Source of the DNA: Octopus sinensis
Taxonomy: Eukaryota
Direction of reading: 5' to 3'
Assembly (NCBI RefSeq): GCF_006345805.1
Contig: NC_043002.1
Location: 10,106,001 to 10,170,000 of the forward strand
DNA: 64,000 nt
The number at the start of each line of letters is the position of its first letter. Within the stretch, counting starts at the first letter, position 1. Below are positions 27,411-41,020 of this stretch, in pieces. The position numbers were made by a program, and so were the translations under genes. Below the pieces are notes generated by a model, which was given only the letters and a program-made list of their open reading frames with translations, ran no database searches and was not told the origin of the DNA.

Positions 27411-28264
27411 GTCCATGACAATTCATATATTTTTGCTGTTGATAAAATTTTAACCATAGATATTAGACACAAATGAAGTAATATTTATAAAATTCCATCT
27501 TCTGACAAAGTTAGAAAGACCCCTCCATGGGGACTTAACACCCACAATTTTGTCATTTTATCTAAGCAAAAACGAATACAGTTGTGCTCTTGGAAGCTGT
27601 AGGGTTACCCGAGCATAAAAGTTGGGCATTATTTCTAATTCAATGGTACAATAGTGTAACAGTTTACGTTAACATACACTTACATTGTGATTTCTGCAAT
27701 GTGGTGCATAAATTGTTAAGTAAATGAGAGGCATCTTTGTCTCCACTGATTCAGTTGCAAAGTGTTGAGTAAAGTTATTTGATTGCAGACCTCCTTTCAG
27801 TCTTTTTATTGATTACAAGCCCTTCCCAGATGAGTGACTGGTTATTCAAAGACATTTATGGATTTAAAATTCATTCTGTCCAGTTACGTATCAGTATAGT
27901 GGTCATTTGCAAACTCCGGAGGTGACACTTTAATTTCTCCTAAGCCCTCACGTCACACAGTTGTTAATGTTGATTTCAGTTGAGTCACGCCCTTCCAATT
28001 GCTATAGATTCGTAATGCATCTTACGGCTGTGCCTGTCACCTGGATGGTGAGGAATCCTACATTGGGGGTGGTAACGACTAGGGTAGGGTAACTGACTGC
28101 CTATTGTGATCATTCGTCTTTTGGCTTCCATGTGGCACGATTACAATTTTTCAGGGTGTGTAAAGAGGGAAATAACCCTCATCTGCAATTTTGATGAAAT
28201 TCGAAACATAGATATTCCAGTTCATTCAGAAAATATAACAGAAAAGTCCAATTCTTCAATTGAA

Positions 28265-28296
28265 TATAACCAGGCAACGCCGGGTATCTCTGCTAG
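28265..28296 (+). mobile_element. Helitron 3' terminus (5' extent not determined)
   Basis: ACCAGGCAACGCCGGGT hairpin plus CTGCTAG, resembling the ends at 5729 and 9615. Confidence 0.55.
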
Positions 28297-28529
28297 CATA
28301 TTCTAAAAATACAAGATTATAATAATAAAGGGAAACTACTCTTCTACTTTTTCATAGAACATGTAGAGTACAGTCCCTTACAGCCAAAGCAATAGGCGCT
28401 AAACAGCAAACCTGGGGCGAGTCTATTGATTCCTCTTACAAAAAGACTAAACATTAAGCGACTCGCCTTTAATCATGAACCGGTTTGATCAGGGCAAAAC
28501 AGGTTCAACAAAAAGATGTAAAGATAATG

Positions 28530-28722
28530 TCATTTCTCTCACTCTTTCTTCCTGTTTCTGTTGTATCTGTATTTCAAAAGGGCCAGCCGTGTCACACTCA
28601 CCGAAAACTATGTGAAGAGTACACGTGTTTGTGGAATGCTCAGCCACTTGCACGTTAATTTCACGAGCAAGCTGTTCCGCTGATCGGATTAACTGGAACC
28701 CTCGTCATCGTAACCGACGGAT
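28530..28722 (+). mobile_element. SINE family B, 3' half
   Basis: Matches 23555-23765. Confidence 0.75.
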
Positions 28723-29566
28723 TACCTCGAATATATGGACGGTTTAAGTTGCTTTCGTGGTATTTTTTTTCACCAAATAATTGAACTACCGAGAAGGTTT
28801 ATGTGTAGCATGGTAATCTGTTTCCGATTAACCTAGGAATGGAAAATCAAATTGAAGGCTGGTTATTGTGGAGGTCGTTGCACGTTGATTATCACAGAAT
28901 ATATAAGTTTGCAAGCGATGTAAAGTAGAGCTACTGAAGTGTTTTGGGAGTAGATTACAGATAATGACTACAAAATATAGTTGTTCTACATGAAAGTGAA
29001 ATTTCTTGTCTGAAACAGCCACATAAATGGTGTAAGGAAATTGAAGGAAGATGTTGTAACTTCCCCTCTGCGAGTTTATTTTTTTCAACAGCAAAGGGAG
29101 CTATTTTTTTCGGAGAGAAAAGCTAACAAAAGCCCCATAATCCTATCTTCCCATATAGCGTGCCCATAAACTAACGGCGAAAGCTGCATAAAGTTAAATT
29201 GGTATGGAGCTTCCTGAAAGATACGTATAGCTTTTGCTGGTGGAAGCAAAACACTTATTTAAAGGTTGATTCTTTGGGGCAAATTATATGTGAGTATTTA
29301 AAAAAAGCTAGAATGACAATTTTAAAACCTATTTGAAACAATGGACAGCACTCGAAAAATCATAATGGCTGGGTAAAGAAGTGTAGGGTTTATACGACCG
29401 TACGTAAGGAGTTGGCGACAAATGTCTCCTTTTGTACGCCGCACGGTCGTTCCCTAGCATAATAAGAAGGCAAATACATGGATATAATATACAGTGCCAA
29501 AGGAATGAATGAGGACAACAAACCGTTCTACTATTTGAGAGAGTAGAAGACTTTATTCACAATGTG

Positions 29567-29630
<64 letters not shown>

Positions 29631-29850
29631 GAGAGAGTGAGAGAGAAAGAGAGTGAGTGCTAGCGAAGTGTATATGTGTGCATGCGACAAGTGTTTGTGT
29701 CTGTATGTTCGTGTGTGCGACAGAAGGTACAGACAACGATATATCCGTATAGCAGAAATACAGAATACAGAGCATAAAATAAGTTCTCAGCATATTGAGT
29801 TAAGATAGAGTTAGTTTACCAGTTCATGAAGTACACAATAGTAAGTTCTA

Positions 29851-31047
29851 GGATCTTTTCATTTCCAAGGCCTGTTTTTTCAGATTTTTCCTACTTAACC
29901 AAACAATTTGAAACTTCGTATACTGGTAGAATGTGTCAAAAGAAAACATAATTGTAAACCAGAATGAAAACGGAATTGTAATTTCAAAGTTTAACGTTGT
30001 TTAATAATTAGAATTTTAACCAATGGTATTCGGTCTTTCGGCTTCATATTATTTACTCCGTCTCAATAGACGTAAACGGCTATTTTGCTGACGTATTTAA
30101 CATACGTGAAATGTAAACACCCGTATTCCTTCAGTTTCTATTCACATTTTTTAAATATATTATTAACTAACTTATATATTAAACTTATATATTATATAAC
30201 TAACTTAGTTTTTGTAAATTTTCGTATATTTTTTGTGATTTTTATTCCTTACTTTATTCGTGTAACTTTTATTTCTGTAACTTTTTATCTTTGGCAATCT
30301 TTCGTATGTGTGTGTATGTGTGTGTATGTATGTGTGTGTGTGTATGTATGTATGGCCGATTCAGTGTTTACATTATTTCGAGTTAAAACGAAAGATTACC
30401 TTTGCTATGTAGAAAATAATGACGTTGACTCAATGGAATAATGACAGTGATCGAAGATATAGACAAAATTTTTTTGGTAATCTTTCGTTTTAACTCGAAA
30501 TAATGTAAACACTGAATCGGCCATACATACACACACACACATACATACACACACATACATACACACATACATACACACACACATACATAGATACATACAC
30601 ACACACATACATGCATACATACATATACACACACACCGAGTAAAAAATTTCAGTTATCTCTCTCTTTCACACATTACTCTCTCTGTCGCTTCACACACAC
30701 TAACAGAAGTACTTCACTTACACAACATACTTTCTGTATCCCACACCCCATCAAACACACACACACGCACACAAAACACAGACCTACGCACAGCTGTCTA
30801 CGTCACAAAATAGCTTTCTACGTCACACTAAGATAATGCACTTAATTATTTCAAATGAAAACAAACAATACGATTGGTTAAAATTCGCAGATTTAATCTA
30901 CCCTTAAAGTTATAAAATACATTTTTCTCAAATAAACAAGTTGAAACTAGTGTTTTCTTTTGAGACACTCTACCAGTATACGAAGTTTCAAATTATTTAG
31001 TTAACTAGAACAATCTGACAAAACAGGCCTTCGAAATGAAAAGATCC
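29851..31047. mobile_element. Non-autonomous fold-back DNA transposon (MITE) with 8-bp TSD, possibly Merlin-type
   Basis: TIRs start GGATCTTTTCATTTC(C/G)AAGGCCTGTTTT and extend for about 100 bp; TSD AAGTTCTA at 29843-29850 and 31048-31055. Confidence 0.85.
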
Positions 31048-31063
31048 AAGTTCTATAACAAGA

Positions 31064-31593
31064 TGTTGTGGGTCACATGGCAGAGCCGGTTACTACACGC
31101 GTAGAAGTTGTGGCTATCATGCCGTGCCGAATCTGTTGATATAGATAGTTCTTTCAGATATACTGCAACTGTTTCTTCTCGGTGAATGATTCACACTAAC
31201 AGCGTGAGTTAAACTTAGTCGGATGTGTACATGTTGGTGAAGTCGACGGAGAATAGAGACGACGATGGTGATGACGGCGGCGGAGATAGAAAACGTTCTG
31301 TTGCGGGTGTACATTAGCGTCGTCGTAGTTGAAGCAGGAGCATGGCTGGTAGATTGGTCGACTGTAGTTGAAACTGGAATATGGCTGAGTAGCTCTGTGG
31401 TCAGTGACTAGACCTTAAAGGGTCTAAAGCCGAAAGACCGAGAATAATGAAAGTAGGCTTATTTATAGCCCATGGTAGGCTCAAAGGAAGCAGGCGTTAT
31501 ACGAAGGCTGTGATTGGTTAGCTTTACATACTGGCGCGAAATAAGTAGGGAGACCGCGCTAGATGCCAACCAATCAGATCAGTGGACACAACA
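31064..31593 (-). mobile_element. Possible solo LTR
   Basis: Termini TGTTGTG...CACAACA; CCAAT boxes and a minus-strand TATAAATA near 31460; no convincing TSD. Confidence 0.45.
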
Positions 31594-32329
31594 AGGTCAA
31601 ACTAGTCAAAGATGGTTGTAATCTCAAACGAGATCATTCCTCATGTGTCTCTCAAAGAGTGAGGATATTAATATCACTACAGAAGCAATCTTAAAGTGAA
31701 ACAGCTTTGGTCACAAAGATGCATTTGTCCAAGGTTGGAATCCATCTGTAAGTATCCAAGGTCAAATTTACTACCAGTTTCGGTAAAATAAGCGTGCCAA
31801 GGGAATATATGTTGGGCGTTTAGATGCACCAACAGGGGGCTGAAGTCGTAATTTTAATGTCAAATCAGCCTACAGTAAATAGAAATATTGTTCAGTTGAA
31901 ATGAGGTGGATTGAGAATTTCAGAGTTACATTGATCCTATGATCTTTGATGCATCCATTGTTTATGTTTTTTTATCCGATATGGAGCAGGCGGCTACCAC
32001 ATATATTTGCAAGGGAGAAATTACAACCAAGGAACAGTAAAATATCACGATTGGATGATTTCGGAAATCACCAATTATGCTGCTTAATCCCGAGCATCGC
32101 CGGATTTGCCTGCTTTCTAAACACATTATTAGCAGGGAGCGAACCCCTAATACGCTCTAGCAGCTAACAGAATCGCGAGACTGACTCAGTTTCGCGCCAT
32201 CTGGCTCACATTCAGTCGCGAATACCTGCACACCAGAGCGATAGCCAGAATCCGTCACCGCTAAAAATACATTGCAAAGAAAGTGACCATCGGACACTGA
32301 TTAGCAACAAACAAAACAGCGAGTTATAA

Positions 32330-33100
32330 AATCTGAAGAAGAGATAGAGTAGTAACATATACTAAACAATGAATCCACTTACCACATCAAAGTAGCTATG
32401 GGATGTTAGTATCTGCAGTCTTCGAATCAGCCCTCTCCTTACTGGCATTGAGAAACCTAATTTCACAAGGTTGGTATTTAGGCAGTGTAAAAGCGGCGAG
32501 CTGGTAGAAACGTTAGCACGTCGGGTGAAATGCGTAGCCGTATTTCGTCTGCCGTTACTTTCTGAGTTCAAATTCTACCGAGGTCGACTTTGCCTTTCAT
32601 CCTTTCGGGGTCGATAAATTAAGTACCAGTTACGCACTGGGGTCGATGTAATCGACTTAATCCGTTTGTCTGTCCTCTCTTGTGGGTAGTAAAGAAATAT
32701 GTATTTAGGCAGTGTGTTACACATCCAGGCCCCCAATAATTACAGGTATAATCCCAAACTTGTAGTCTGGATAATGTAGCAGTACATACCTCAGTAGTTC
32801 AGCGTAGGTATTCTCTTTTTCACAGATCTTCAGCTTTATGTTAACATCCTCTGGGCAGCCGATTTTCACAACTGTGCACAGTTTCTCTTCTTAACCAAAA
32901 TCCTTATATCAGGTCCATTGTGCTTACATTTTATTGAGGTTTTCACTGGGACATTCAACCACTACTACTTTTTATTATCAGTGGCTATGGCTTCCACCAA
33001 ACTGTAGGTTTCTTATTTCTTTCTCCTCGAAGTTATCCTTCCGACAGATCTCATTATATTTCAAGATATCTTGCCAATAGAGAAAGAGCTGGTTGCTATC
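32330..33100 (-). mobile_element. Non-LTR element 3' fragment with restriction-like endonuclease, interrupted by SINE D
   Basis: KHNGPDI, IGCPEDVNI, KENTYAEL, IIPVIIGA on the minus strand. Confidence 0.65.
32489..32700 (+). mobile_element. SINE family D with 15-bp TSD
   Basis: GTATTTAGGCAGTGT at 32474-32488 and 32701-32715. Confidence 0.92.
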
Positions 33101-33152
33101 CTAGATCCAAGGCTACTTCATGGCAAGTAAAACATCAACAACATGGTACTTT

Positions 33153-33740
33153 TGTATGTATGTATGTATGTATGTATGTATGTATGTATGTATGTATGTA
33201 TGTATGTATGTATGTATGTATGAATGTATGTATGTATGTATGTATATATGCATGCATTCATGTATGTATGTATGTATGTATGTAGGTATGCATGTATGTA
33301 GGTATGCATGTATGTATGTATGCATGTATGAATGTATGTAGAATGTATGCATGTATGTAGAATATATGCATGTATGTAGAATGTATGTATGTATATATGT
33401 ATGTATGTATGTATGTATGCATGAATGTATGAATGTATGTATGTATGTATGTATGTATGTATGTATATATGTATGAATGTATGTATGTATGTATGTATGA
33501 ATGTATGTATGTATCTAGAATGTATGCATGTATGTATAATGTATGTATGTATGAGTGTATGTATGTATGTATGTATGTAGGAATGCATGTATGTAGGTAT
33601 GTATGTAGGTATGTATGTATACATGTATGTATGCATGTATGTATGTATGTAAGAATGCATGTATGTATGTATATATGCATGTATGTATGTATGCATGTAT
33701 GTATGAATGTATGCATGTATGAATGTATGTATGTATGTAG
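33153..33740. repeat. (TATG)n degenerate microsatellite
   Basis: Visible directly. Confidence 0.95.
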
Positions 33741-34164
33741 GTATAAGGGAATGAAATTATAGTGGAGGTGTGAAATTTTGGCAAAGAACAGTGTATTATT
33801 GGGAAATTGAATAAATAAATATGCAATTATTTATTGTGATAATGTCAGGCGATTATCAAATATAATTATTATGTTGACGTTATTACTTTGTTAAAACTGC
33901 CTTGTTTTGCTTTTCATAAATCGAGAAATTTCGCTGCATGAATCCATAATTAACTTATCGAATACCACTTGTGACATGACGTGATAATATAATTATATTT
34001 GTCTTTTGTGTATGACTTTCACTTTCCTTAACATTCGAAGTATTATTTAAAGTTCTCTTAACAGATTTATATGAAAGATAAATATTTTTTATAAATGTTA
34101 ATTATTTGTTTATTGACTGATATTTGCGTAAATTCAAATGTAAACAGACAAGTTAATATCAATG

Positions 34165-34551
34165 GTGGAGGCGCAATGGCCCAGTGGTTAGGGCAGCGGA
34201 CTCGCGGTCATAGGATCGCGGTTTCGATTCCCAGACCGGGCGTTGTGAGTGTTTATTGAGCGAAAACACCTAAGAGCTCCACGAGGCTCCAGCAGTGGAT
34301 GGTGGTGATCCCTGCTGTACTCTTTCACCACAACTTTCTCTCACTCTTACTTGCTGTTTCTGTTGTATCTGTATTTCAAGGGGCCGGCCTTGTCACTCTC
34401 TGTGTCACGCTGAATATCCCCGAGAACTACGTTAAGGGTACACGTGTCTGTGGAGTGTTCAGCCACTTACATGTTAATTTCACGAGCAGGCTGTTCCGTT
34501 GATTCGGATCAACCGGAACCCTCATCGTCGTAACCGACGGAGTGCTTCCAC
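34165..34551 (+). mobile_element. SINE family B, full length, 10-bp TSD
   Basis: AATATCAATG at 34155-34164 and 34552-34561. Confidence 0.92.
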
Positions 34552-34993
34552 AATATCAATGACAGGAAGGGGTGAAGTTGTTTACATCGCGCCCAGTGCT
34601 GCAGTTATGCTTATCTCATCGTAATTTCAACTTAGTACATAAACAGCCGGAAGAAATGCAGCTAGTCATTTTGACCGACGCGCAAACTATTCTGCCAGTT
34701 CGCCATCTTAACAAAAACTGCAACAATAGCAGCAACCATAACAATAATAATAATGATAATCATTTCTCCTATAGACACAAAGTCAGCAATTTCGGGTCGG
34801 TGGGTAAGGAGAATACATCGAGCCCTGGGCTCGACCAGTATTATTTTAGTCGACAATGAAGGAATCACGAGCAAAGTCCACCTCGGCATAGTTTGAACTC
34901 AAAACGTACAGACGGACGAAAGGGTGCTAAGTATTTTGTCCGGCGCGCTGACGATTTTCCCAGCCCACCGTCTTCATAATACTACTACTACTA

Positions 34994-35046
<53 letters not shown>

Positions 35047-35061
35047 ATAATAATAATAATA

Positions 35062-35925
35062 AAAAGACTTCAGACAAAGAACATGACTCCTCATTGATAT
35101 GACTGTCCCATTCGATATAAACGTATCTGTCAAGACCTACCAAAAACTGAGCAAACATAAAGACCTTGAAATAGAAATCAGCAAAATGTGGAACCTGAAG
35201 ACTAAAACAATACCTGTTGTCATAGGTGCCCTGGGAATGATAGCGAAAGGAGCTGATTGCTACCTAACTCAGATACCAGGAAACCCCAAAATAGCAGAAA
35301 TTCAAAAGATAGTGCTCATGGGAACTGCTCATATCCTACGCAAAATACTCTCTATGTAATCCCAAGGTTTAAAACAAACTTTTTTTATGTATTAGACATT
35401 CACTAGTACAACACAAAAAAAAACAAATATATGGCACACTAGGCATAACAACAACGTGAACTTCCAACCTGTTGTCTCTTGAGGTCTCTGGGTGAGACTT
35501 GGAGCCAACTTGTACAAATATAAAGCAAAAGTCAAACATAGAATAATAATAATAAAGAAAAAGAAAAAGGAAGAGAATATAAAGAAAGAATACTACAGAC
35601 GAGTTAGATCAATACTGAAAACAGAACTCAATGCTAAAAACAAGATAATAGGTATCAACACTCTAGCCGTCCCAGTTATAAGTTACAGCTAGAATAACCT
35701 TAACTAGACACTAAATGAATTAACCAAAATAGACAGGAAAACAATGGCAGGATACAACAACTGAAGAAGTGAAAGCGGCGCTCGCGAAGTCAAAGAAATG
35801 GAAATCTCCAGGTATAGATAAGATTCCAAATTTTAGGCTAAATTCTTTAATGAGCATTCACCACCGTAGCACTCAATGACGTCATGTCCAAGCCTGCGAA
35901 AGCTCCAAAGTGGCTTACAGAAGGG
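35062..35925 (+). mobile_element. R4/Dong-like family 1 3' end plus further RT-region fragments
   Basis: ORF 35099-35359 is nearly identical to the C-terminus of ORF 20614-21141; then EYYRRVRSILKTELNAKN and KWKSPGIDKIPNF; (ACT)n(AAT)n upstream. Confidence 0.85.
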
Positions 35926-35974
<49 letters not shown>

Positions 35975-35995
35975 CACACACACACACACACATAT

Positions 35996-36190
35996 ATAAC
36001 GGGAAGGTTTATGAAAATAAACAAAAGACGAAGGTAGGTGGAGTACAAACAAGCAAATGTATTAGTATGACGCTCAGGAATAGAAATGGAACAAGTCTTT
36101 TACGTTTCGAGCCTACGCTCTTCGACAGAAAGATACAGAGAAAAGAAACAAGGAGAGAAAAAAATGCGTGTAGATGCTAACGGTCCATCT
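35996..36190 (-). mobile_element. Penelope-type terminal repeat, family F
   Basis: Contains the minimal HHR-like motif at 36096-36133; similar to 49727-49830 and 62690-62875. Confidence 0.7.
36096..36133 (-). ncRNA. Minimal hammerhead-like motif with variant core
   Basis: UCUUU-CUGUCGA-A-GAGC-GUAG-GCUC-GAAAC-GUA-AAAGA; stems I (5 bp) and II (4 bp) are perfect. Confidence 0.65.
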
Positions 36191-36716
36191 ATATATATAT
36201 AGATAGATAGGCAGCGAGATAGATAGATACATACATACATTCATTTAAGTCACAATACATGGATTTAGGTAATAACGCAGTACTCACTAAAAGAGCTCTT
36301 GATTGTAACATTCTACAAAGCAGAATATATATTACGATACAAGAGAAGTGCATAAAGTCACAAATATCTTCCATAGTATTTTAAAACTTTGGCTTTGCGT
36401 TCCTATAGGAACGGCACATCGATAATCTACATTTTTAATAAATGGTTTCTTTCACCCGAGGACGTAGCTTAAATTCTACATTATTTGGATATACACTTTG
36501 CATTTTGCTTTAATACAGGCAAGTAAGTACTTTATATATCATTAAATATAATACAGTAAATTATTTGTATGTTTTCAAGTTACGAAACTTCGTGAAATTA
36601 GAATTATCTTATTGTTAAATATATTTTCAACAAACTATTTCTGTGTCATTTGCAGTATATATATATATATATTTTTTTCTAGTTTCAGCTCATATATATA
36701 AATATATGTATGTATG

Positions 36717-36804
<88 letters not shown>

Positions 36805-36809
36805 ATATA

Positions 36810-36867
<58 letters not shown>

Positions 36868-36915
36868 TATGTATATAAATATATGTATGTATATATATAT
36901 ATGTATGTATGTATG

Positions 36916-36948
<33 letters not shown>

Positions 36949-36963
36949 AATATATGTATATAA

Positions 36964-36996
<33 letters not shown>

Positions 36997-37184
36997 TGTA
37001 TGTGTAAATGTTTGTACGTATTTACGTATCTATGTATCTTTGTATATTTGTTTGTTTGTCTGAAGATACTTGTACTTTTATAAATGACACCAAATATTGA
37101 ACCACATTAGTGAAAAAAATACCCTGGAGGAGAACATAAAATATAATACTATTAAGACCTAAACATAACCACAAAATTTGTTTA

Positions 37185-37737
<553 letters not shown>

Positions 37738-38235
37738 TGGTGGAAGCGTTCAGGAATTACCAGATTCCTTTGAAGATGTATATATATTAACAACAGCCAA
37801 TAGAATTATTGGTGAAAGGAGGAAGGTAAGGATCCTTAGATAACGACGTTTTAATCAGTGAACTGAAATACCAAAAAGAGAATCAGCTTTAAAACGAAGC
37901 AGTATAGGAATGGAATATCGATTAACCAATATCGATTAGCCAATATGTAGTTAAAATTTTCTAAGAAGGTTACAAATGACGAAAAACTGTAATCATAGAT
38001 CAAATACATGAAGAATCGCCTGCCAGATAGTTAGAAATCAAACCAAAGAAGTGCTCCCTAATGCCATTTTTTAAAAAGTGAAATAGTGCTAAGATCCGAA
38101 GCAACTGAATTAACTGTTATATGTAGGAGAGTATTTATTTTAATACGATTTTGTCCTAGATAAGGCTTGAAGCCACTGTAGCGCAAGGGACAGCAAAAAT
38201 GCATTGATTTCTGTATGGTATGTAATAAGTGTTGT

Positions 38236-38558
38236 GAAGGTGCGTGGCTTAGTGGTTACGGCATTCGACTCACAATCGTAAGAGCGTGAGTTTAATTCCC
38301 GGCGACGGGTTGAGTCCATGAGCAAGACACTTTATTTCCTGTTGCTCCGGTCTACTCGGCTGGCAAAACTGAGTTGTACCTGTATTTTAAAGGGCCATCC
38401 TTGTCACACTCCGTGTCATGCTGAATCTCCCTCAGAACTACGCTAGGGGTACACGTGTCTGTAGGTTGCTCAGCCACATGCACGTCAATTTTACGAGCAA
38501 GCTGTTCCGTTGATTGTATCAACTGGGACCCTCGTCGTCGTAATCGGCGGAGTGCCCC
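38236..38558 (+). mobile_element. SINE family C
   Basis: A box TGGCTTAGTGG; tail shared with family B. Confidence 0.82.
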
Positions 38559-38750
38559 TTAATAAACGTTACCATCATGGAGAATACTTTTGCTTTAATA
38601 CTTATGTTTTTTATAGCCCCGGATGACAGTTTGAAGAGGATGTGTGCCTTTTACCCACTCAAAATTTTGTGTAAAAGTAGGTAGAAACTAGAATTAAAGC
38701 AGTTTACATTTGGTTTCATTTACATCCTCCTCCTCCTCCTCCTCCTCCTC

Positions 38751-38814
<64 letters not shown>

Positions 38815-39744
38815 TATCATCATCATCATCATCATCATCATTATCATCATCATCATCATCATCATTATCATCATCATCAACAACTACATCATCAGGTGTC
38901 ATCTGCTCTCAGCAAGTTGAATATCAAGGATCTCCATTTTGTGCAAAAGTAGGTAGAAACTAGAAACTAATTTGCCAGGCGAAGCCTTCCTCAACAGGTA
39001 CGCCTAGATTAAACATATAAGCACGAGGCCAATCCAGTATGTGTCTCTTGCTTATACATTTTAATTTTTCAGATTCAAATGTTTTTATTTCCCTTTTTCG
39101 TAACCATTACGGGTCGACACGCACGAATATAAGACCAACTCTTTTCTTCAATTTATCCGATTCCTGTTTTAAACTTATAAGACTCAGGCATTTTCTGTTT
39201 TTGCTTGTAGAGTTAAATTGTGGTCTTGTTCCTATTTTGTTAATATCCGGGAACGTATATCTGCATCTTTGCAGTTAGCCCTTGAACAAAAACTAGACAT
39301 TTGAATATGTCTGGGGTTCATTAATTTAATTTGAATTGTTCACATTCTCTGTTTACAATCCTAGAAAATTTTAACACTACGTGCGTGTATTGGATAAGAA
39401 AATTAATTTACTGAAAAATTTCGATGAAATGTTAATTGTTTCATCGTAGCATATTTAACCTGGTTTATTCGGCGGAATATAATTATATTTTTCGTGTTCA
39501 GCAGGGGATAACTTACTTAAAAGTAGTCGCATTTTATTCTCGTCATTCCTATTGCTACATTCTTCGGTGGAGTTTTCTCCGAATCTGCAAAGAAAACATC
39601 TTCTGGGTTATAAACGAACTCTCCAATTGAGTTCATCATGGCGTCTGTCATGAGCGAGTGTTATGTAGCTTCAGACTTCTTCAACATTAATTCCAGCAAC
39701 TGTTGCTACTGTTGTTGTCGCTGATGCAGCTCCTGTTGCTGCTG

Positions 39745-40129
39745 TTGGTGTTGTTGCTGAGCGAAGCGGTCTTCGTCCCAGAGCTTGCAAGATGGGAGAA
39801 GTCCGAATCGTGGTGCTTTGCTGTTCGTAAGACCCGCAGAAGAGAAAGCAGGTCAACCCTCGACACCGAGAGCATCGACGGATGGATGAATGCGCATCCA
39901 GGCTCAGCGGTTGCGTAGGAAGTCAGGGACAAGAAGCAGGAAGAAAGGGTGAGGGAAAGTTGGGGCAAAAGAGTTCAACAAGGGTCGTCACCCCTCCCCT
40001 GCCGGCGATCGTGAAGCTTTTTTTTAGGTGTTTTCAGTCAATAAACACACACAATGCCCGGTCTGGGAATCGAAACCGCGATCATCCGACCGCGAGTCCG
40101 CTGCCCTAACTACTGGGCCATTGCGCCTC
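39745..40129 (-). mobile_element. SINE with family-B head and a different tail, 15-bp TSD
   Basis: 39950-40129 is the reverse complement of the family B head; 39745-39930 is unrelated to the B tail; CTCCTGTTGCTGCTG at 39730-39744 and 40130-40144. Confidence 0.8.
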
Positions 40130-40590
40130 CTCCTGTTGCTGCTGATGCTACTGTTGCTGTTACAACTGCTGCTGCCGTTGCAACTGCACCACGTGGGCTT
40201 GAAAATCCACCATATTAACGATTTATTCTTTGGCTTCGTACCAAAACTTCGACAGTTCGAGGTAAGCTTCGAATATCTTCTCACCGCTTTTATATCCTTG
40301 GTGGCAGCTTCATGATTTTAAGGAAGCCGGAGTAAAGCAATATGTTCCCAGATGTAACTTCTGACTACCAACGCTCGAGATTCTAACACGTTCTTCCTTG
40401 TATCAACAAGACATGTTACTATTTATAAGAAATCGAGGCCAAGACTAATACTTTGTAAGCCTAGCACTATCGGATCTCTTTTGCCGAAACGCTAAGTTAC
40501 GGGATCGTAAACACACTAACATCGGTTGTCAAGCGACGGCGTGGGGGACAAAGGCAGACACACACACACACATATATATATATACGTATA

Positions 40591-40963
40591 GGCGCAGGAG
40601 TGGCTGTGTGGTAAGTAGCTTGCTAACCAACCACACGGCTGCGGGTTCAGTCCCACTGCGTGGCATCTTGGGCAAGTGTCTTCTGCTATAGCCCCGGGCC
40701 GACCAATGCCTTGTGAGTGGATTTGGTAGACGGAAACTGAAAGAAGCCTGTCGTATATATGTATATATATATGTATGCGTGTGTTTGTGTGTCTGTGTTT
40801 GTCCCCCTAGCATTGCTTGACAACCGATGCTGGTGTGTTTAGGTCCCCGTCACTTAGCGGTTCGGCAAAAAGAGACCGATAGAATAAGTACTAAAAGGTG
40901 GTGCTCCAGCATGGCCGCAGTCAAATGACTGAAACAAGTAAAAGAGTAAAAGAGAGTAAAAGA

Positions 40964-40965
<2 letters not shown>
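40591..40965 (+). mobile_element. SINE family A (an inverted A fragment precedes it at 40445-40570)
   Basis: Complete head and (AAAAGAGT)n tail; small internal deletion. Confidence 0.9.

Positions 40966-41020
<55 letters not shown>

Noticed and set aside
31824-31842. CTCF-like motif CACCAACAGGGGGC
   Set aside because: A single short match, plausible by chance.
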